Positions 40,901 to 53,100 of a stretch of DNA of 64,000 nucleotides are shown piece by piece (the first letter of the stretch is position 1; each line of letters starts with the position of its first letter). A program made the position numbers and the translations under genes. The notes beneath the pieces were generated by a model. The model was not told the origin of the DNA. It saw only the letters and a list, made by a program, of their open reading frames with translations, and made no database searches. Source of the DNA: Balanoglossus misakiensis (lineage: Eukaryota > Animalia > Hemichordata). The stretch lies in NCBI GenBank assembly GCA_040954595.2, contig CM082583.2, positions 11,756,636-11,820,635 of the forward strand. The letters run 5' to 3'.

Positions 40901-41105
40901 GAACTTTTAACGACATTTTCGTTGTAATTTTTATCATTTTCATAAATCCGATTTATTTCAATATCTACGCTGCGTTTTTTATCTGTCGGGTATAAGAAAC
41001 ATGCAGAAAAAGTTGGTCATTTTTTTTTTGTCGCGGTTCACTTGGGCAAGTCTGAATACGGAGTGCTCAGCAGAGAGAAAGATAAACTCGCTAAAACCGT
41101 GTCTT
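37992..41105. repeat. Tandem array of ~5.7 copies of a 531-558 bp unit nested in the 88-bp satellite
   Basis: Marker gatcattgg recurs at 38012, 38566, 39124, 39679, 40212 and 40743 (spacings 554, 558, 555, 533, 531). Length variation comes mainly from 2 vs 3 copies of a gcaccgctgcggtg sub-repeat. Confidence 0.95.
38623..38702 (+). ncRNA. tRNA(Ser/Leu)-derived putative Pol III small RNA cassette (representative copy; others at ~38068 degenerate, 39181, 39736, 40269, 40800)
   Basis: GTCGTGA-TGGCCAAGGG (A box, 38630-38639) ... GGTTCGAGACC (B box, 38683-38693), then T7. The B box starts 60 nt after the first G, as in long-variable-arm tRNA-Ser. The 3' acceptor strand is absent, so it is not a functional tRNA. 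Confidence 0.5.
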
Positions 41106-44100
41106 GTCGTGGGTTATAGCTCATGAAAATCATCCAGAAATGACAATTTTTCGACTTTGCGAATTTTCAAAATTTCTTCATTTTTTCGAAAAAACCATGG
41201 GTTATAGCTCATTGAAATCATCCAGAAATGACAATTTTTCGACTTTGCGAATTTTAGAAATTTCTTCATTTTTTCGAAAAAACCATGGGTTATAGCTCAT
41301 GGAAATCATCCAGAAATGACAATTTTTCGACTTTGCGAATTTTCAAAATTTCTTCATTTTTTCGAAAAAACCATGGGTTATAGCTCATGAAAATCATCCA
41401 GAAATGACAATTTTTCGACTTTGTGAATTTTCAAAATTTCTTCATTTTTTCGAAAAAACCATGGGTTATAGCTCATGAAAATCATCCAGAAATGACAATT
41501 TTTCGACTTTGCGAATTTTCAAAATTTCTTCATTTTTTCGAAAAAACCATAGGTTATAGCTCATGAAAATCATCCAGAAATGACAATTTTTCGACTTTGT
41601 GAATTTTCAAAATTTCTTCATTTTTTCGAAAAAACCATGGGTTATAGCTCATGAAAATCATCCAGAAATGACAATTTTTCGACTTTGCGGATTTTCAAAA
41701 TTTCTTCATTTTTTCGAAAAAACCATGGGTTATAGCTCATGAAAATCATCCAGAAATGACAATTTTTCGACTTTGCGAAATTTCAAAATTTCTTCATTTT
41801 TTCGAAAAAACCATGGGTTATAGCTCATGGAAATCATCCAGAAATGACAATTTTTCGACTTTGCGAATTTTCAAAATTTCTTCATTTTTTCGAAAAAACC
41901 ATGGGTTATAGCTCATGAAAATCATCCAGAAATGACAATTTTTCGACTTTGTGAATTTTCAAAATTTCTTCATTTTTTCGAAAAAACCATGGGTTATAGC
42001 TCATGAAAATCATCCAGAAATGACAATTTTTCGACTTTGCGAATTTTCAAAATTTCTTCATTTTTTCGAAAAAACCATGGGTTATAGCTCATGAAAATCA
42101 TCCAGAAATGACAATTTTTCGACTTTGCGGATTTTCAAAATTTCTTCATTTTTTCGAAAAAACCATGGGTTATAGCTCATGAAAATCATCCAGAAATGAC
42201 AATTTTTCGACTTTGCGAATTTTCAAAATTTCTTCATTTTTTCGAAAAAACCATGGGTTATAGCTCATGAAAATAATCCAGAAATGACAATTTTTCCACT
42301 TTGCGGATTTTCAAAATTTCTTCATTTTTTCGAAAAAACCATGGATTATAGCTCATGAAAATCATCCAGAAATGACAATTTTTCGACTTTGCGAATTTTC
42401 AAAATTTCTTCATTTTTTCGAAAAAACCATGGGTTATAGCTCATGAAAATCATCCAGAAATGACAATTTTTCGACTTTGCGAATTTTCAAAATTTCTTCA
42501 TTTTTTCGAAAAAACCATGGGTTATAGCTCATGAAAATCATCCAGAAATGACAATTTTTCGACTTTGCGAATTTTCAAAATTTCTTCATTTTTTCGAAAA
42601 AACCATGGGTTATAGCTCATGAAAATCATCCAGAAATGACAATTTTTCGACTTTGCGAATTTTCAAAATTTCTTCATTTTTTCGAAAAAACCATGGGTTA
42701 TAGCTCATGAAAATCATCCAGAAATGACAATTTTTCGACTTTGCGAATTTTCAAAATTTCTTCATTTTTTCGAAAAAACCATGGGTTATAGCTCATGAAA
42801 ATCATCCAGAAATGACAATTTTTCGACTTTGCGAATTTTCAAAATTTCTTCATTTTTTCGAAAAAACCATGGGTTATAGCTCATGAAAATCATCCAGAAA
42901 TGACAATTTTTCGACTTTGCGAATTTTCAAAATTTCTTCATTTTTTCGAAAAAACCATGGGTTATAGCTCATGAAAATCATCCAGAAATGACAATTTTTC
43001 GACTTTGTGAATTTTCAAAATTTCTTCATTTTTTTGAAAAAACCATGGGTTATAGCTCATGAAAATCATCCAGAAATGACAATTTTTCGACTTTGCGGAT
43101 TTTCAAAATTTCTTCATTTTTTTCGAAAAAACCATGGGTTATAGCTCATGAAAATCATCCAGAAATGACAATTTTTCGACTTCGCGAAATTTCAAAATTT
43201 GGTGGTTTTTGGATAAAAACCATGGGTTATAGCTCATGAAAATCATCCAGAAATGTCAATTTTTCGACTTCGCGAAATTTCAAAATTTGGTGGTTTTTGG
43301 ATAAAAACCATGGGTTATAGCTCATGAAAATCATCCAGAAATGTCAATTTTTCGACTTCGCGAAATTTCAAAATTTGGTGGTTTTTGGATAAAAACCATG
43401 GGTTATAGCTCATGAAAATCATCCAGAAATGTCAATTTTTCGACTTCGCGAAATTTCAAAATTTGGTGGTTTTTGGATAAAAACCATGGGTTATAGCTCA
43501 TGAAAATCATCCAGAAATGTCAATTTTTCGACTTCGCGAAATTTCAAAATTTGGTGGTTTTTGGATAAAAACCATGGGTTATAGCTCATGAAAATCATCC
43601 AGAAATGTCAATTTTTCGACTTCGCGAAATTTCAAAATTTGGTGGTTTTTGGATAAAAACCATGGGTTATAGCTCATGAAAATCATCCAGAAATGTCAAT
43701 TTTTCGACTTCGCGAAATTTCAAAATTTGGTGGTTTTTGGATAAAAACCATGGGTTATAGCTCATGAAAATCATCCAGAAATGTCAATTTTTCGACTTCG
43801 CGAAATTTCAAAATTTGGTGGTTTTTGGATAAAAACCATGGGTTATAGCTCATGAAAATCATCCAGAAATGACAATTTTTCGACTTTGCGAATTTTCAAA
43901 ATTTCTTCATTTTTTCGAAAAAACCATGGGTTATAGCTCATGAAAATCATCCAGAAATGACAATTTTTCGACTTTGTGAATTTTCAAAATTTCTTCATTT
44001 TTTTGAAAAAACCATGGGTTATAGCTCATGAAAATCATCCAGAAATGACAATTTTTCGACTTTGCGGATTTTCAAAATTTCTTCATTTTTTTCGAAAAAA

Positions 44101-47100
44101 CCATGGGTTATAGCTCATGAAAATCATCCAGAAATGACAATTTTTCGACTTCGCGAAATTTCAAAATTTGGTGGTTTTTGGATAAAAACCATGGGTTATA
44201 GCTCATGAAAATCATCCAGAAATGACAATTTTTCGACTTCGCGAAATTTCAAAATTTGGTGGTTTTTGGATAAAAACCATGGGTTATAGCTCATGAAAAT
44301 CATCCAGAAATGTCAATTTTTCGACTTCGCGAAATTTCAAAATTTGGTGGTTTTTGGATAAAAACCATGGGTTATAGCTCATGAAAATCATCCAGAAATG
44401 TCAATTTTTCGACTTCGCGAAATTTCAAAATTTGGTGGTTTTTGGATAAAAACCATGGGTTATAGCTCATGAAAATCATCCAGAAATGTCAATTTTTCGA
44501 CTTCGCGAAATTTCAAAATTTGGTGGTTTTTGGATAAAAACCATGGGTTATAGCTCATGAAAATCATCCAGAAATGTCAATTTTTCGACTTCGCGAAATT
44601 TCAAAATTTGGTGGTTTTTGGATAAAAACCATGGGTTATAGCTCATGAAAATCATCCAGAAATGTCAATTTTTCGACTTCGCGAAATTTCAAAATTTGGT
44701 GGTTTTTGGATAAAAACCATGGGTTATAGCTCATGAAAATCATCCAGAAATGTCAATTTTTCGACTTCGCGAAATTTCAAAATTTGGTGGTTTTTGGATA
44801 AAAACCATGGGTTATAGCTCATGAAAATCATCCAGAAATGTCAATTTTTCGACTTCGCGAAATTTCAAAATTTGGTGGTTTTTGGATAAAAACCATGGGT
44901 TATAGCTCATGAAAATCATCCAGAAATGTCAATTTTTCGACTTCGCGAAATTTCAAAATTTGGTGGTTTTTGGATAAAAACCATGGGTTATAGCTCATGA
45001 AAATCATCCAGAAATGTCAATTTTTCGACTTCGCGAAATTTCAAAATTTGGTGGTTTTTGGATAAAAACCATGGGTTATAGCTCATGAAAATCATCCAGA
45101 AATGTCAATTTTTCGACTTCGCGAAATTTCAAAATTTGGTGGTTTTTGGATAAAAACCATGGGTTATAGCTCATGAAAATCATCCAGAAATGTCAATTTT
45201 TCGACTTCGCGAAATTTCAAAATTTGGTGGTTTTTGGATTAAAACCATGGGTTATAGCTCATGAAAATCATCCAGAAATGTCAATTTTTCGACTTCGCGA
45301 AATTTCAAAATTTGGTGGTTTTTGGATAAAAACCATGGGTTATAGCTCATGAAAATCATCCAGAAATGTCAATTTTTCGACTTCGCGAAATTTCAAAATT
45401 TGGTGGTTTTTGGATAAAAACCATGGGTTATAGCTCATGAAAATCATCCAGAAATGTCAATTTTTCGACTTCGCGAAATTTCAAAATTTGGTGGTTTTTG
45501 GATAAAAACCATGGGTTATAGCTCATGAAAATCATCCAGAAATGTCAATTTTTCGACTTCGCGAAATTTCAAAATTTGGTGGTTTTTGGATAAAAACCAT
45601 GGGTTATAGCTCATGAAAATCATCCAGAAATGTCAATTTTTCGACTTCGCGAAATTTCAAAATTTGGTGGTTTTTGGATAAAAACCATGGGTTATAGCTC
45701 ATGAAAATCATCCAGAAATGTCAATTTTTCGACTTCGCGAAATTTCAAAATTTGGTGGTTTTTGGATAAAAACCATGGGTTATAGCTCATGAAAATCATC
45801 CAGAAATGTCAATTTTTCGACTTCGCGAAATTTCAAAATTTGGTGGTTTTTGGATAAAAACCATGGGTTATAGCTCATGAAAATCATCCAGAAATGTCAA
45901 TTTTTCGACTTCGCGAAATTTCAAAATTTGGTGGTTTTTGGATAAAAACCATGGGTTATAGCTCATGAAAATCATCCAGAAATGTCAATTTTTCGACTTC
46001 GCGAAATTTCAAAATTTGGTGGTTTTTGGATAAAAACCATGGGTTATAGCTCATGAAAATCATCCAGAAATGTCAATTTTTCGACTTCGCGAAATTTCAA
46101 AATTTGGTGGTTTTTGGATAAAAACCATGGGTTATAGCTCATGAAAATCATCCAGAAATGTCAATTTTTCGACTTCGCGAAATTTCAAAATTTGGTGGTT
46201 TTTGGATAAAAACCATGGGTTATAGCTCATGAAAATCATCCAGAAATGTCAATTTTTCGACTTCGCGAAATTTCAAAATTTGGTGGTTTTTGGATAAAAA
46301 CCATGGGTTATAGCTCATGAAAATCATCCAGAAATGTCAATTTTTCGACTTCGCGAAATTTCAAAATTTGGTGGTTTTTGGATAAAAACCATGGGTTATA
46401 GCTCATGAAAATCATCCAGAAATGTCAATTTTTCGACTTCGCGAAATTTCAAAATTTGGTGGTTTTTGGATAAAAACCATGGGTTATAGCTCATGAAAAT
46501 CATCCAGAAATGTCAATTTTTCGACTTCGCGAAATTTCAAAATTTGGTGGTTTTTGGATAAAAACCATGGGTTATAGCTCATGAAAATCATCCAGAAATG
46601 TCAATTTTTCGACTTCGCGAAATTTCAAAATTTGGTGGTTTTTGGATAAAAACCATGGGTTATAGCTCATGAAAATCATCCAGAAATGTCAATTTTTCGA
46701 CTTCGCGAAATTTCAAAATTTGGTGGTTTTTGGATAAAAACCATGGGTTATAGCTCATGAAAATCATCCAGAAATGTCAATTTTTCGACTTCGCGAAATT
46801 TCAAAATTTGGTGGTTTTTGGATAAAAACCATGGGTTATAGCTCATGAAAATCATCCAGAAATGTCAATTTTTCGACTTCGCGAAATTTCAAAATTTGGT
46901 GGTTTTTGGATAAAAACCATGGGTTATAGCTCATGAAAATCATCCAGAAATGTCAATTTTTCGACTTCGCGAAATTTCAAAATTTGGTGGTTTTTGGATA
47001 AAAACCATGGGTTATAGCTCATGAAAATCATCCAGAAATGTCAATTTTTCGACTTCGCGAAATTTCAAAATTTGGTGGTTTTTGGATAAAAACCATGGGT

Positions 47101-50100
47101 TATAGCTCATGAAAATCATCCAGAAATGTCAATTTTTCGACTTCGCGAAATTTCAAAATTTGGTGGTTTTTGGATAAAAACCATGGGTTATAGCTCATGA
47201 AAATCATCCAGAAATGTCAATTTTTCGACTTCGCGAAATTTCAAAATTTGGTGGTTTTTGGATAAAAACCATGGGTTATAGCTCATGAAAATCATCCAGA
47301 AATGTCAATTTTTCGACTTCGCGAAATTTCAAAATTTGGTGGTTTTTGGATAAAAACCATGGGTTATAGCTCATGAAAATCATCCAGAAATGTCAATTTT
47401 TCGACTTCGCGAAATTTCAAAATTTGGTGGTTTTTGGATAAAAACCATGGGTTATAGCTCATGAAAATCATCCAGAAATGTCAATTTTTCGACTTCGCGA
47501 AATTTCAAAATTTGGTGGTTTTTGGATAAAAACCATGGGTTATAGCTCATGAAAATCATCCAGAAATGTCAATTTTTCGACTTCGCGAAATTTCAAAATT
47601 TGGTGGTTTTTGGATAAAAACCATGGGTTATAGCTCATGAAAATCATCCAGAAATGTCAATTTTTCGACTTCGCGAAATTTCAAAATTTGGTGGTTTTTG
47701 GATAAAAACCATGGGTTATAGCTCATGAAAATCATCCAGAAATGTCAATTTTTCGACTTCGCGAAATTTCAAAATTTGGTGGTTTTTGGATAAAAACCAT
47801 GGGTTATAGCTCATGAAAATCATCCAGAAATGTCAATTTTTCGACTTCGCGAAATTTCAAAATTTGGTGGTTTTTGGATAAAAACCATGGGTTATAGCTC
47901 ATGAAAATCATCCAGAAATGTCAATTTTTCGACTTCGCGAAATTACAAAATTTGGTGGTTTTTGGATAAAAACCATGGGTTATAGCTCATGAAAATCATC
48001 CAGAAATGTCAATTTTTCGACTTCGCGAAATTTCAAAATTTGGTGGTTTTTGGATAAAAACCATGGGTTATAGCTCATGAAAATCATCCAGAAATGTCAA
48101 TTTTTCGACTTCGCGAAATTTCAAAATTTGGTGGTTTTTGGATAAAAACCATGGGTTATAGCTCATGAAAATCATCCAGAAATGTCAATTTTTCGACTTC
48201 GCGAAATTTCAAAATTTGGTGGTTTTTGGATTAAAACCATGGGTTATAGCTCATGAAAATCATCCAGAAATGTCAATTTTTCGAATTCGCGAAATATCAA
48301 AATTTGGTGGTTTTTGGATAAAAACCATGGGATATAGCTCATGAAAATCATCCAGAAATGTCAATTTTTCGACTTCGCGAAATTTCAAAATTTGGTGGTT
48401 TTTGGATAAAAACCATGGGTTATAGCTCATGAAAATCATCCAGAAATGTCAATTTTTCGACTTCGCGAAATTTCAAAATTTGGTGGTTTTTGGATAAAAA
48501 CCATGGGTTATAGCTCATGAAAATCATCCAGAAATGTCAATTTTTCGACTTCGCGAAATTTCAAAATTTGGTGGTTTTTGGATAAAAACCATGGGTTATA
48601 GCTCATGAAAATCATCCAGAAATGTCAATTTTTCGACTTCGCGAAATTTCAAAATTTGGTGGTTTTTGGATAAAAACCATGGGTTATAGCTCATGAAAAT
48701 CATCCAGAAATGTCAATTTTTCGACTTCGCGAAATTTCAAAATTTGGTGGTTTTTGGATAAAAACCATGGGTTATAGCTCATGAAAATCATCCAGAAATG
48801 TCAATTTTTCGACTTCGCGAAATTTCAAAATTTGGTGGTTTTTGGATAAAAACCATGGGTTATAGCTCATGAAAATCATCCAGAAATGTCAATTTTTCGA
48901 CTTCGCGAAATTTCAAAATTTGGTGGTTTTTGGATAAAAACCATGGGTTATAGCTCATGAAAATCATCCAGAAATGTCAATTTTTCGACTTCGCGAAATA
49001 TCAAAATTTGGTGGTTTTTGGATAAAAACCATGGGATATAGCTCATGAAAATCATCCAGAAATGTCAATTTTTCGACTTCGCGAAATTTCAAAATTTGGT
49101 GGTTTTTGGATAAAAACCATGGGTTATAGCTCATGAAAATCATCCAGAAATGTCAATTTTTCGACTTCGCGAAATTTCAAAATTTGGTGGTTTTTGGATA
49201 AAAACCATGGGTTATAGCTCATGAAAATCATCCAGAAATGTCAATTTTTCGACTTCGCGAAATTTCAACATTTGGTGGTTTTTGGATAAAAACCATGGGT
49301 TATAGCTCATGAAAATCATCCAGAAATGTCAATTTTTCGACTTCGCGAAATTTCAAAATTTGGTGGTTTTTGGATAAAAACCATGGGTTATAGCTCATGA
49401 AAATCATCCAGAAATGTCAATTTTTCGACTTCGCGAAATTTCAAAATTTGGTGGTTTTTGGATAAAAACCATGGGTTATAGCTCATGAAAATCATCCAGA
49501 AATGTCAATTTTTCGACTTCGCGAAATTTCAAAATTTGGTGGTTTTTGGATAAAAACCATGGGTTATAGCTCATGAAAATCATCCAGAAATGTCAATTTT
49601 TCGACTTCGCGAAATTTCAAAATTTGGTGGTTTTTGGATAAAAACCATGGGTTATAGCTCATGAAAATCATCCAGAAATGTCAATTTTTCGACTTCGCGA
49701 AATTTCAAAATTTGGTGGTTTTTGGATAAAAACCATGGGTTATAGCTCATGAAAATCATCCAGAAATGTCAATTTTTCGACTTCGCGAAATTTCAAAATT
49801 TGGTGGTTTTTGGATAAAAACCATGGGTTATAGCTCATGAAAATCATCCAGAAATGTCAATTTTTCGACTTCGCGAAATTTCAAAATTTGGTGGTTTTTG
49901 GATAAAAACCATGGGTTATAGCTCATGAAAATCATCCAGAAATGTCAATTTTTCGACTTCGCGAAATTTCAGAATTTGGTGGTTTTTGGATAAAAACCAT
50001 GGGTTATAGCTCATGAAAATCATCCAGAAATGTCAATTTTTCGACTTCGCGAAATTTCAAAATTTGGTGGTTTTTGGATAAAAACCATGGGTTATAGCTC

Positions 50101-53100
50101 ATGAAAATCATCCAGAAATGTCAATTTTTCGACTTCGCGAAATTTCAAAATTTGGTGGTTTTTGGATAAAAACCATGGGTTATAGCTCATGAAAATCATC
50201 CAGAAATGTCAATTTTTCGACTTCGCGAAATTTCAAAATTTGGTGGTTTTTGGATAAAAACCATGGGTTATAGCTCATGAAAATCATCCAGAAATGTCAA
50301 TTTTTCGACTTCGCGAAATTTCAAAATTTGGTGGTTTTTGGATAAAAACCATGGGTTATAGCTCATGAAAATCATCCAGAAATGTCAATTTTTCGACTTC
50401 GCGAAATTTCAAAATTTGGTGGTTTTTGGATAAAAACCATGGGTTATAGCTCATGAAAATCATCCAGAAATGTCAATTTTTCGACTTCGCGAAATTTCAA
50501 AATTTGGTGGTTTTTGGATAAAAGCCATGGGTTATAGCTCATGAAAATCATCCAGAAATGTCAATTTTTCGACTTCGCGAAATTTCAAAATTTGGTGGTT
50601 TTTGGATAAAAACCATGGGTTATAGCTCATGAAAATCATCCAGAAATGTCAATTTTTCGACTTCGCGAAATTTTAAAATTTGGTGGTTTTTGGATAAAAA
50701 CCATGGGTTATAGCTCATGAAAATCATCCAGAAATGTCAATTTTTCGACTTCGCGAAATTTCAAAATTTGGTGGTTTTTGGATAAAAACCATGGGTTATA
50801 GCTCATGAAAATCATCCAGAAATGTCAATTTTTCGACTTCGCGAAATTTCAAAATTTGGTGGTTTTTGGATAAAAACCATGGGTTATAGCTCATGAAAAT
50901 CATCCAGAAATGTCAATTTTTCGACTTCGCGAAATTTCAAAATTTGGTGGTTTTTGGATAAAAACCATGGGTTATAGCTCATGAAAATCATCCAGAAATG
51001 TCAATTTTTCGACTTCGCGAAATTTCAAAATTTGGTGGTTTTTGGATAAAAACCATGGGTTATAGCTCATGAAAATCATCCAGAAATGTCAATTTTTCGA
51101 CTTCGCGAAATTTCAAAATTTGGTGGTTTTTGGATAAAAACCATGGGTTATAGCTCATGAAAATCATCCAGAAATGTCAATTTTTCGACTTCGCGAAATT
51201 TCAAAATTTGGTGGTTTTTGGATAAAAACCATGGGTTATAGCTCATGAAAATCATCCAGAAATGTCAATTTTTCGACTTCGCGAAATTTCAAAATTTGGT
51301 GGTTTTTGGATAAAAACCATGGGTTATAGCTCATGAAAATCATCCAGAAATGTCAATTTTTCGACTTCGCGAAATTTCAAAATTTGGTGGTTTTTGGATA
51401 AAAACCATGGGTTATAGCTCATGAAAATCATCCAGAAATGTCAATTTTTCGACTTCGCGAAATTTCAAAATTTGGTGGTTTTTGGATAAAAACCATGGGT
51501 TATAGCTCATGAAAATCATCCAGAAATGACAATTTTTCGACTTCGCGAAATTTCAAAATTTGGTGGTTTTTGGATAAAAACCATGGGTTATAGCTCATGA
51601 AAATCATCCAGAAATGTCAATTTTTCGACTTCGCGAAATTTCAAAATTTGGTGGTTTTTGGATAAAAACCATGGGTTATAGCTCATGAAAATCATCCAGA
51701 AATGTCAATTTTTCGACTTCGCGAAATTTCAAAATTTGGTGGTTTTTGGATAAAAACCATGGGTTATAGCTCATGAAAATCATCCAGAAATGTCAATTTT
51801 TCGACTTCGCGAAATTTCAAAATTTGGTGGTTTTTGGATAAAAACCATGGGTTATAGCTCATGAAAATCATCCAGAAATGTCAATTTTTCGACTTCGCGA
51901 AATTTCAAAATTTGGTGGTTTTTGGATAAAAACCATGGGTTATAGCTCATGAAAATCATCCAGAAATGTCAATTTTTCGACTTCGCGAAATTTCAAAATT
52001 TGGTGGTTTTTGGATAAAAACCATGGGTTATAGCTCATGAAAATCATCCAGAAATGTCAATTTTTCGACTTCGCGAAATTTCAAAATTTGGTGGTTTTTG
52101 GATAAAAACCATGGGTTATAGCTCATGAAAATCATCCAGAAATGTCAATTTTTCGACTTCGCGAAATTTCAAAATTTGGTGGTTTTTGGATAAAAACCAT
52201 GGGTTATAGCTCATGAAAATCATCCAGAAATGTCAATTTTTCGACTTCGCGAAATTTCAAAATTTGGTGGTTTTTGGATAAAAACCATGGGTTATAGCTC
52301 ATGAAAATCATCCAGAAATGTCAATTTTTCGACTTCGCGAAATTTCAAAATTTGGTGGTTTTTGGATAAAAACCATGGGTTATAGCTCATGAAAATCATC
52401 CAGAAATGTCAATTTTTCGACTTCGCGAAATTTCAAAATTTGGTGGTTTTTGGATAAAAACCATGGGTTATAGCTCATGAAAATCATCCAGAAATGTCAA
52501 TTTTTCGACTTCGCGAAATTTCAAAATTTGGTGGTTTTTGGATAAAAACCATGGGTTATAGCTCATGAAAATCATCCAGAAATGTCAATTTTTCGACTTC
52601 GCGAAATTTCAAAATTTGGTGGTTTTTGGATAAAAACCATGGGTTATAGCTCATGAAAATCATCCAGAAATGTCAATTTTTCGACTTCGCGAAATTTCAA
52701 AATTTGGTGGTTTTTGGATAAAAACCATGGGTTATAGCTCATGAAAATCATCCAGAAATGTCAATTTTTCGACTTCGCGAAATTTCAAAATTTGGTGGTT
52801 TTTGGATAAAAACCATGGGTTATAGCTCATGAAAATCATCCAGAAATGTCAATTTTTCGACTTCGCGAAATTTCAAAATTTGGTGGTTTTTGGATAAAAA
52901 CCATGGGTTATAGCTCATGAAAATCATCCAGAAATGTCAATTTTTCGACTTCGCGAAATTTCAAAATTTGGTGGTTTTTGGATAAAAACCATGGGTTATA
53001 GCTCATGAAAATCATCCAGAAATGTCAATTTTTCGACTTCGCGAAATTTCAAAATTTGGTGGTTTTTGGATAAAAACCATGGGTTATAGCTCATGAAAAT

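Noticed and set aside
37992-41105. Hammerhead ribozyme, 5S rRNA or snRNA in the 550-bp unit
   Set aside because: I found no CTGANGA...GAAA core on either strand (closest is ctgatgt) and no 5S or U-snRNA signature by eye. An Infernal search would be needed to exclude other ribozymes.
38444-41295. Repeated 60-100 aa ORFs in the 550-bp units and satellite
   Set aside because: They mostly have non-ATG starts, are broken by homopolymer indels between copies and show no recognisable domain.
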